A DNA stretch of 64,000 nucleotides from a virus, in the IMG/VR virus record IMGVR_UViG_3300025132_007963, positions 64,001 through 128,000 of that record; one strand, given 5' to 3'. Below the pieces are notes generated by a model, which was not told the DNA's origin, did not search any database, and saw nothing but the letters and a program-made list of their open reading frames with translations. Shown piece after piece: positions 58,701 to 64,000 of this stretch. The translations under genes were made by a program, and so were the position numbers. Each line of letters starts with the position of its first letter. Position 1 is the first letter of the stretch.

Positions 58701-61600
58701 TTTTCAAAATTTTGCATTTTTGAAGAAAATAAATATTCCACATCAATGCTAGATGTTGAGCTAGGAGCAAAGTCGAAGCCTCTACCAGGATGCTTAACCC
58801 CCGCTATCTCTCCAATTATTCCATAGTTTTGCTTTTCCACCATAGAGCCAGAAGAAAAATCGTTTACTATTAAGTTTCCTCCAGCTGTAGAGCCGGTAAC
58901 ATCTCCAAAATCCCAAGCTAAAGCAAGCGTTTTTATTTTTGGTATACTGTTATTGCCTACAATATTAAAAGCATAAGTATTCTGTTGAGGGTGCAACACA
59001 CCATAGGATGCTGGATCTATAGCGTGTGCTTTAATTTCTTCGTTATCAAGGTGCGTTGCCCAGTGCCTTACTGAACTTATCTTAACGTCACTTAATGCTA
59101 ATACTGATCCAGTGTAGTTTTCTCTGTGTGCACCAATATAAATCTTTTTTGAATATTGTTGAAACCTTTCTCCAACCGCATTTGTTAATGTTCTGCTTAT
59201 AGAAAATTCATTTTGTATTGTACCCGCGTCTGCTTGAACACCATATAGTTCTGCGGTATATACGGATGCTGCTCCTGAAATAGCTGATCCAAAATCCGGA
59301 TTTTTTGGACTAACTCGAACTGCTAAATTCCATTTTTTATTATCATAGACATCTTTTATAATTGCAGTTTCAACAGCATCGATAAGACCTGATGTAGACT
59401 TTAAAACAAACTTTGCGTGTTTAGAATCTTTTGTTTCTTTTACTGCGTATACTTCATAGTTTGCAAAGTCTTTATTAGCTGGCCTAAATTCATCAGTGTC
59501 TCCGCTTCCTAGTGCAGTATGTGCACCGAACAAGGAACTTGATTGTGGGGTAGAAACATAATTTGTTGAAGATTTGTTAAACTTCTTTGGAAATATTATT
59601 TCTGCTTGAGTTGTAAAGGCAAGACCTACGGTTCCCTCTGCATGCGAACCACTTATAAAACCATCTTTTGGGCTAGCGTCTGATGCATAGCTTGAACTAT
59701 ACTGATATATTGTTGCTTTGTAGTGTGATGGAGTAGAAAAATTAGCGTATCTTTTTTTAACTGATGTTTGTCTGTATTTAGTCTCTAGAGGGTATGTGAT
59801 ACGATCAGCATACATATTTATTCTTATAAGATTTTCATCTAGCCCAAAACAGCGGAACATGTTTCGAAAAGACTTTTCTGTGCCTTTTGATTTGTAAATA
59901 TAAACAAGATTATTGTATATGTTTTGATATATAAAGTTCTTAATATCATGAAGGCTTTGCTCATAAACCTTTTTGTCATCTCTCTTTGCAAGAGAGTTAA
60001 TTACATCTGCGTCAATAAACAACTCAGGAACATCTAAACCTCTTGCTCTAAGCATGGCATCCACAAATGGATATGGCTTTTTATTAAAATCCTCGTACCT
60101 TTCGTGCTTTAGGCTCGACAAAGATTGAATTTGTAACCACAAATTATCACAATACGATGCAATTATTTGTGATAATTTTTTTAAATTACCATCAATACCA
60201 TCTTCATCCACCATAAATTCTGGAAAACTGAAAAATAAATTTGACGTATTTGAATAATCGTAAGCTCTACCTAGTTCTTTTTTGTCTTGAATGTAGGCCG
60301 CAACTTTTGGATTTTCAACATGTATAATTGGATCTTTAAATTCTGTTGCGGAAGCCGAAGATTCCACAATCGCAGATTTAACTGATCTGGCCACTGAACT
60401 ATAGCCAACCCAAGCACCATTCGTTGCCCGACCGGCGTAATCTAGAACAACTTGGTCTATACTAGATGACGTTGATATACCTTCATTAAATTTATAATAA
60501 ACACCTAACTTTGTGTTTGAATCATCTGTATTTGTGCCGCCATGTACTTGAGTAAACCAATTAAGAGATATTTCTTTTTCTGTTCTTCTTGTTTTCCAGT
60601 ATCTAAATTCATCAATTGATCCGGATAGTTTACCAAAACCTAAACCTGGGTTTATATTGACAGGTATGGAGAAATCTGTGTTGTCTGACTTTCCGGCTGC
60701 TAGGGCACCTATTGTTCCAATAAGTGGCCTATTGATAGCTCCAATGGTTGAACCAGTTTCAAAATAATGATTAAACTGACCGTCGACATAACAAGTTACT
60801 CCAACTGCGCTACCAGTGTTCCTGAGAGCAAAAGCATAATGATGCCATTCACCATCAGAAGCACTATTGTATAATCCTGCAGCTCCGGAAACATAAGAGT
60901 TTATAAAACCAGAAGAGCCAGATCGATAGGTTATAACCCACGGAGAATCTTCTTGTGGTCGAGTTCTATCTAGCTCAATAGTAAAGCGACCATACTTATG
61001 GTCGCCTGGCTGTGAACCAGATGGCCAAACATCTAAAATAACCTCTTTTTTTGTTAGGCTTTGATATCCAGATTTTTTTAACCAAAACTCTACAGTGTTA
61101 CCCTTAGCACCATTTATCTCTAAGTTTGATGTTCTATTACTAGCAGTTGACCAAACATTATTAATGTTTGGCCCGCCTTTAATTAATATATATTCTTTTG
61201 TAGCTGGGTTGGCGTAATTGCCAGATAAAGATACTCTGGATCCCCAACCTGATGGGGAAAACTTTGCATACCCGGTTGATCTAGGGTAGCCATCTTTGAA
61301 AACGTGTAAGTCTAAACCGTTTGATTCATTAATCCATTTTTGTTTTTCGTGAGCTGAACCGTCGTAAGGATACAGTTCGTAAATTCTTTTTGTTGCTACA
61401 TTATAATATTCTTCAGCAGATCCAAATTTTGCAAAATTAGAAGCTGTGGCATAATCTACATGTGGCTCAAATCTAAACTTATCTTCAATATATGAATCTA
61501 CAAAAAACTCAGATTCTATATCTTGTTTAAGATCTTCAACAGACTTATTAGCTAAGACGTGTTTAGACGCCTTTTTATCAAACAGATCTTTTAAGCTCAT
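49712..61600 (-). CDS. Giant baseplate wedge-like protein (3962 aa) with LamG/concanavalin-A-like domains
   Basis: LamG patterns TVEFWLK / WHHYAF / IDEFRYW / GVYYKFNEG near the N-terminus and TVGAWIYF / WYFVAF / IDEVTIWN / GWYRMGD near 52.4-53.1 kb; IYNNLVYIYKSKGTEKS baseplate-type motif. Confidence 0.7.
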   Translation of the reverse strand: MSLKDLFDKKASKHVLANKSVEDLKQDIESEFFVDSYIEDKFRFEPHVDYATASNFAKFGSAEEYYNVATKRIYELYPYDGSAHEKQKWINESNGLDLHVFKDGYPRSTGYAKFSPSGWGSRVSLSGNYANPATKEYILIKGGPNINNVWSTASNRTSNLEINGAKGNTVEFWLKKSGYQSLTKKEVILDVWPSGSQPGDHKYGRFTIELDRTRPQEDSPWVITYRSGSSGFINSYVSGAAGLYNSASDGEWHHYAFALRNTGSAVGVTCYVDGQFNHYFETGSTIGAINRPLIGTIGALAAGKSDNTDFSIPVNINPGLGFGKLSGSIDEFRYWKTRRTEKEISLNWFTQVHGGTNTDDSNTKLGVYYKFNEGISTSSSIDQVVLDYAGRATNGAWVGYSSVARSVKSAIVESSASATEFKDPIIHVENPKVAAYIQDKKELGRAYDYSNTSNLFFSFPEFMVDEDGIDGNLKKLSQIIASYCDNLWLQIQSLSSLKHERYEDFNKKPYPFVDAMLRARGLDVPELFIDADVINSLAKRDDKKVYEQSLHDIKNFIYQNIYNNLVYIYKSKGTEKSFRNMFRCFGLDENLIRINMYADRITYPLETKYRQTSVKKRYANFSTPSHYKATIYQYSSSYASDASPKDGFISGSHAEGTVGLAFTTQAEIIFPKKFNKSSTNYVSTPQSSSLFGAHTALGSGDTDEFRPANKDFANYEVYAVKETKDSKHAKFVLKSTSGLIDAVETAIIKDVYDNKKWNLAVRVSPKNPDFGSAISGAASVYTAELYGVQADAGTIQNEFSISRTLTNAVGERFQQYSKKIYIGAHRENYTGSVLALSDVKISSVRHWATHLDNEEIKAHAIDPASYGVLHPQQNTYAFNIVGNNSIPKIKTLALAWDFGDVTGSTAGGNLIVNDFSSGSMVEKQNYGIIGEIAGVKHPGRGFDFAPSSTSSIDVEYLFSSKMQNFENVHSSDMIRVPSRDDVTFTRETRPVNHHFSLEKSMYQGISDEMIDMFATVREFNNLIGDPIHRYRQQYKSMEHLRQLFFNNIENTPDVERYIEFYKWVDQSISDVVDQLRPATANMSDDIRNVIESHALERNKYWSKLPFLEKKQEDPENHPGAAGINELLYNWKFGHAPLETHTGIYAPTGSAGLDQSKNTFWWKNRVERTDVSVSTGDEAVDADREKLRKAINTQVSGNTFAARALSKPYRLVVQLDPVIHSGDNFHLNKKKDFYLSTTNPNNKDFIKINAADLDFGPDRDDVLRPKLIVNNNIFEKKKARGPADISNTNKDHDINTIAPFSIYSSSVDAPTDYKAELFDRFKQGVDITNLHSDAYGEDREIPMQSPFTEFHVGGHFHRHVEINHSESLGPSLKKPKAGIKGLDTHIDRVEAFYISASNSQLFVLGPDQQEKDNPSLTGSIAGRTHVLRDPLAKRPVNIRNIKTTTSSLNLGNYTHDYEIVQGTSVDVSPVFLIRTGSVVDLSVSGSSDLVLGLRDRTKLSRPIRKNVIISRFSAPGDPKTMGDSQGGPELDFQTTQYSVFNTMNYRNLSVRYPLDSFLTIAARKNYVTTNANTASFHKTYRNTTYLPTDKDTFLETGVRDQNNNAFIQRQIPQSDLNYLWITSSALETTSSFIGYSHDFTIPIGANSGYQTSSHVKSQEQTELTFVSASDVGGGKFSGFGQQSFDFNSRPYFEKYADSVGNASFGNFIPVGFWGSNAIIVDPISGSDNNTLGFDPDIGPLRVGSEITEGTGRDFANDMSGSAFITNIKSGGSYPTLGYLNDTNFAGLNLTRKVRAVTTRAGYGDQGDVILLNGLILNRQGPYGWPSWKQIRVGQDNKVARFLRKNNIYAPAVVSTLGHDKLMFPVGSAMNKIMDRTRSPEDLNSMLYNYTRGYSWPNNTLHSFKRQRPRIPLHTLEEGSERLRKARKMRFDTRVDVQHYRFTESAAITNTNRLQGMTFRITTFDDVDDFRNIRGIGNHRVIREKAPYFPENKYRMFSNPGFNRIMSLELNEETIASETKKQIKNLSENLLEQNNFRFADSVINDLQAKGVRVSPALSRLVPEFQDQAFVMLKQTIYPTFENSLKTRTIKRERFKIDWWFEDADSRYRAHSPNARKDHRFDDWVIHDRAGAKSTTQLPLLSRIYLSSNPNAYPQKALEKKLKYGETYFADIGDLYFNNGLAPEPTSSHAWFDTMGTPQHPARGIGYVNTLPFGKTLGHPHFIGRLPSRNTSDYFSGLFYLLDSSNQPLERGARAGNLYLVANRFGPTQAGASEHYRDSGSHRVLFPFHPEHHGARYKNSAWPLDAQPGFGLSGELNLGTDTPGNFGPEGVLVHNSNFFRSGSNPGSYRYTSQGMHKYDPKPSPVYARKFPETPVIYRIAFASNDKTDYDEQGIVLFPFSVSASFPDPATQALHNETSTGGSNFSGPTNNGDGFITLIFQSSSARTAEGPDVRRPHTGSLFFINLTSSVSTPTDICKEFVQHFTPVEDPSTSASDFSSLALLRQINRTVINVEQLKDNAGNLTATASITFRNAPVAENSDRPNLYFVGDPVNNNYISYHSSTGSKHDINPFIIQGPAGSTRLGGAAKWEAGSQSGCSPFPYKDYDDWFEQIKHMGRDYSQVPEFRISEFIGTYSNRLANGATGTTYTGDGSDALYTGDAFWYGDMAWQGCPEKLQLSGANYSYQRSNQENFYKVYSNSDFIRNFNVVDNAMKENGYSKRSITLTAKAIKKLLPYRGFYPVQRTLQLAEYFSSSYAADKRITSNRQNYLGSFRNYIAPFFAPGITYNSIKSGISVDYPIFVPKKDRTFNRFGTLFAANDNNWVQIGDSADFGDLLTGSLSPTPHDPGITVGAWIYFPDAQDRAVDNITEDNFSILSLCDKNGHYDGLKFAYRGGRFELHMGLSDASQYVQFTSGDAGAFWQTNTWYFVAFTKKLGNTDASSKKPAFYAKWPADGYGSSVNYYSGTGVGYYSYNGGTVNENNIFAGSKPGDCRIGNHYFSSTKVVHSGSSGSATGLNGRLFTSANVIIDEVTIWNTNLDFWQVSALGGGGPKGAGPVQPISAVSSSLHNHLIGWYRMGDDTGYNRIEVSQSNMTDASPMLNHAVFHNPQLGHPRNQNHIRSGDTLSGSVSAANLSITKPKFEGFKDDIHGEGNDAHTAANTASLIQKGFGIVDVTTIKQRYRTFDGTLSDAQFIDLKHANGSLAHLTGALKYPSYITGSSFNETADHGIPRIGSASWGALGGRIGTGDANSLNRTFWVNQDAGIQRVERIPFEAVIDPRLLPSSEEKEVDGVIADYLTIWDNEPHPSASLQPTTAMRATEARSYDLIYGNYAGGPLSTPANLAIFDNAMTSSALTSSINLTELRRREGAGIGTQYRLAANNFYAESMNFFLENRAPVMLATADTLDHDPTGERNTYIMTLELNRPLDGDFPMYNRASAFGPPVDAGHVPYNEMFSEAGRGRGAHGFSPFTPPHYEGRSLVTYTFTPGTGSYATPSGELLVQNVLQQIKTLDGFAESGPKIQFARLTAMTGATGEGRDQKLTKKKLATDAFNHGLGFRAATALSSLNKTHAMQLSSSIAGLDLAENALIQSFQGNDPTQPSLRFSTVFHPRWEGPSLSFKDASCTAPLPLGLTTTKGLWHQYGLPAETSNFSFRGPRTRRRRFRDLSKLLGLHFRKNGRAVEGQSKPLGQIATERRIKEAVIAVPFRYAGKPRQIKDHGRKLLSTKNQGKEFFTLPNPEKLYKAVHNFTFKFKDAKEFKKEYLDSLEQERGAPISTGHPYKKMAGAMIDYVFPPSMNWLKYSGDSDSVATSAGKPYVPPFLYFVMEFDTTLDQEDLSKIWQNLMPKIGQDSFNKDGESITQKTSFTVPLDTDDYSGDLSSGLSLLPELDTEEADEIKWMVFKVKQRAETNYFEKINRDKLPFDHPNKLPTIEQFMEYGYNWPYDYFSLVELVKIDAEVAYAVDKDDEE

Positions 61601-61607
61601 TAACTAA

Positions 61608-63890
61608 TCACTCAACTCTAAATTTAAATATCTCTTCTTGCTCTACGTTTCTCCCATCAACTTCGAGAGAAAGCTTAAGGCCGTATGCATAGTTTTCTTC
61701 AAGTAAAGACATATCTAAGTCAAAATAATTACCGTTTATATCATATGAAAGTTTTGTATATGGGTTTCCACTACCTGATCCATATGTTATAACATCAAAA
61801 TCGTCTTTAATTCTAAAAATCCTATAATACGCTTTTTCAACAATGTACGGCTCAATTGTTTGAGTTGCCTTAGTATAAATATTTGGGCTCCAATCTTTTT
61901 CTCTAATAAAAACTCTAAATCTAACCTTGTCTGATTGTGAGTAGGAAGGTTTTAAGTTTTTAATTGAAGTTGCATACCTTGTATTTGGCATATAATTTAA
62001 AGATTCTATCTTCTTTACAGTGAAAACAGAACCAGTTACCAGTTGTATACCTTGAAGAACGCCTGTTGGTTTACTCCAAACCTCAAATATTTCTTTACTA
62101 GATCCGGTGAATGCAAAAGATGCAGAATAAATTCCAGTTGACACCCAACCACCTGAAACAACTGTTGAATTATTAGTTGTCACTCCGCCACCAATGGGTA
62201 AGCTTATTGGCTTTATTACATTATTCTTTATATTTCCTGATGGGAAAACTTGTAGATGTATGCTAGTGTGAGCATCATTGCTACCCGAAGCACCACCAAG
62301 AACTGGTATATTTCTGAGTTGGCCACGCACAAAATTGTATAAATATAGAGTGTTTAAGTTATCTTCACCAGAAGCTAAGGAACTACTTCTAAAAAAGTTA
62401 GCTCGATCATCCAAGATTGAATCGTCCCATCGAGCCTCAATTGCTGGTCTCTTATAGAAAAATTCAGATGTTCTAGAAAAGAATTTTTTAGTGTAATAAG
62501 ATCTTCCTCTAGTGCCGTCCTCAAAAGACCCTGACATTTTTAGCATGACGCCATAATTTTCTCTATCTGTATCAACAGTATCTTCAGCTGCTAACCACTC
62601 TTCGACAAGTGCAGTTATGTTAACATCTAAATTTTCTGTACCGATTGAAAAATTCTTAACATAGTGCGGTAAATTTTTACCAGGAGTGTATCCAACCTCA
62701 TGAAAGTCTCCTCCAGCATTTACCCAGCGAGATTGACCACCTGATTGAACTGTTGCAACAGTTAAATAATCATTAGTTATACTACCTGTAAAAGAACCCG
62801 AAACACCCGCAGTGCTGTTATTCACAGATCTAACTGTTGCCCCCGTTGAATCTTCAGTGTCTTCAACTGATATAGAGGCTGATATTTTTATGTCTGCATT
62901 GTGTATTGACCTTTTAATTTGTCTTGCAATATGGTTAACTGTTGTGATGGCAGAAGAGGTTAAAGGCACAGCAACCTCAGTTCCTTGGGGGTTTGGGCCA
63001 CCCTGTGAAGTTCCACCGGTGAAGTTTGTTACAGATATACCATCAGGACCTGCGTCTGTCAGTGCCGTTGAAACATTCCCTTGAGTTCCACCTACAGATT
63101 GAGTTACGGTTACAACCCCAGCCACCCGGGTTGCTTCAAACTCTGTTAAACCATTTAAAGCCGTAGTTAAGTTTGCCGCTGTGTTTGCGGCAGAGCCGTT
63201 AACAATTGCAAAAGTGGGGCTAGTTGTGTTTGAGTTTGTTGTTGCTCCACCATGAGCTGTTACAGTCATTGTGTAAGTTGTACCAGCAGTAGAATCAAAT
63301 ACTATGGTGTCAGCAGCACCCATGTTTCCAACATTTGCAATGGTAAAAGAAGCTGTTGCTTTTGAAGAGTTATCAAACCAAAAGTTATATTTTACATTAT
63401 CGCCATTATGTAAAACAAAATATTTTCCCTCTAGATTTGTCTTTATTGCAGTTCGAACTTTTATATCCGTTGTGTGTGCTAGTTTTGTTGTTGACGCCTT
63501 TACCCAGTTAGAAACACCTTCGTCTGAATATTCTTCCATATCCAAACCTTGGCCCTCTGACCAGGATTTCGAAATAGGTAGAACTTGCATATCGAAATTT
63601 TTTGGTAGTGTTTGACCATGAGGTGTATTAAACATTCTCAAAAAAAACTTTACACTACCAGATTCTGGTATGGTGCCGGCAGATCTGTCTGTTTTCACTG
63701 TACTAATTGGAAAGTTAACTAAAGCTCTTGCTTTCTCAACAGATGCCGATGTGGCATGACCATAAATTGAAAAAACCTCTAATACGTCTGAAGCTCCCAT
63801 GTTAGATCCTGTTCCGCGAGTTTGGAGATCTTGCTTGAAAGCGTTTGTTATTGTATTATCAGCTGTTGCAACATATCTTTTTATAGCCAT
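61608..63890 (-). CDS. DNRLRE/CBM96-like domain virion protein (760 aa) with internal insertions
   Basis: ADNTI...N.G...LEV...RAL..F...FLRMFN...LPISKSWSEGQG pattern; follows the gp6-like gene. Confidence 0.6.
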   Translation of the reverse strand: MAIKRYVATADNTITNAFKQDLQTRGTGSNMGASDVLEVFSIYGHATSASVEKARALVNFPISTVKTDRSAGTIPESGSVKFFLRMFNTPHGQTLPKNFDMQVLPISKSWSEGQGLDMEEYSDEGVSNWVKASTTKLAHTTDIKVRTAIKTNLEGKYFVLHNGDNVKYNFWFDNSSKATASFTIANVGNMGAADTIVFDSTAGTTYTMTVTAHGGATTNSNTTSPTFAIVNGSAANTAANLTTALNGLTEFEATRVAGVVTVTQSVGGTQGNVSTALTDAGPDGISVTNFTGGTSQGGPNPQGTEVAVPLTSSAITTVNHIARQIKRSIHNADIKISASISVEDTEDSTGATVRSVNNSTAGVSGSFTGSITNDYLTVATVQSGGQSRWVNAGGDFHEVGYTPGKNLPHYVKNFSIGTENLDVNITALVEEWLAAEDTVDTDRENYGVMLKMSGSFEDGTRGRSYYTKKFFSRTSEFFYKRPAIEARWDDSILDDRANFFRSSSLASGEDNLNTLYLYNFVRGQLRNIPVLGGASGSNDAHTSIHLQVFPSGNIKNNVIKPISLPIGGGVTTNNSTVVSGGWVSTGIYSASFAFTGSSKEIFEVWSKPTGVLQGIQLVTGSVFTVKKIESLNYMPNTRYATSIKNLKPSYSQSDKVRFRVFIREKDWSPNIYTKATQTIEPYIVEKAYYRIFRIKDDFDVITYGSGSGNPYTKLSYDINGNYFDLDMSLLEENYAYGLKLSLEVDGRNVEQEEIFKFRVE

Positions 63891-63891
63891 C

Positions 63892-64000
63892 TTACAATAT
63901 ATTCCCCTTGATATCCACGTTAGGGTATTTTAATTCAAAAATATAAGTTCTTGGTGGGATTATAGATCTCCCGTCTGTGGATGTCTTTTCTTTAATATCA
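63892..64000 (-). CDS. C-terminus of baseplate wedge protein (gp6-like), partial
   Basis: Open frame DIKEKTSTDGRSIIPPRTYIFELKYPNVDIKGNIL* ending 2 nt before the next ATG; only 35 codons visible. Confidence 0.55.
   Translation of the reverse strand, partial: DIKEKTSTDGRSIIPPRTYIFELKYPNVDIKGNIL

Noticed and set aside
49712-61600. Giant ORF as tape-measure protein
   Set aside because: Beta-rich LamG domains and baseplate-type motifs rather than long helical Ala/Gly repeats.
1015-63615. All plus-strand ORFs in the track (e.g. 11419-12574, 13811-14239, 57449-57805)
   Set aside because: They lie antisense to long motif-bearing minus-strand genes, are short, and show no recognisable domains; shadow ORFs.
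1-64000. Genome-wide stop-codon reassignment
   Set aside because: Code 11 gives long intact ORFs up to 11.9 kb and near-complete coding density; all three stops terminate genes.
1-64000. tRNA, rRNA, integrase/att or transposase features
   Set aside because: Intergenic gaps are short and accounted for by terminators or promoters; no cloverleaf or recombinase motifs recognised by eye (a tRNA scan would be definitive).

Overview
This window is the virion-morphogenesis region of a large, AT-rich, T4-superfamily-like myophage. Every credible gene is on the minus strand, densely packed in the standard genetic code, and most have clear Shine-Dalgarno (SD) sites. In transcription order (right to left) it holds: the end of a gp6-like baseplate wedge gene, a DNRLRE-type protein, a 3962-aa LamG-bearing baseplate protein, several large baseplate/tail proteins, a J-domain protein, a RuvC-like resolvase, a primase, a fused SbcD-SbcC (gp47-gp46/Mre11-Rad50) gene behind a near-consensus sigma70 promoter, and a holin/spanin-like membrane cluster. 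The head module follows: terminase, portal, prohead protease, phage-encoded ribosomal protein bS21, scaffold, major capsid protein and two decoration-like paralogues. After it come neck/tail-terminator genes, a repeat-rich fibre gene and the start of the tail sheath. The most notable unexplained signals are: bS21 inside a strongly SD-led head operon; a recurrent ACTA(A/G/T)TTA putative late promoter; a 21-aa CCKGS micro-ORF whose TAG is in frame with the prohead protease and is followed by a GC hairpin; an internal RBS+ATG after a poly-Gly linker in the fibre gene; a 27-bp direct repeat shared by that gene's leader and its coding sequence; and a ~120-aa module inserted in two unrelated baseplate proteins. 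Family assignments rest on motif recognition by eye; no database searches were run. No tRNA, rRNA, CRISPR array, integrase or intein was recognised, and the host cannot be determined from this window.
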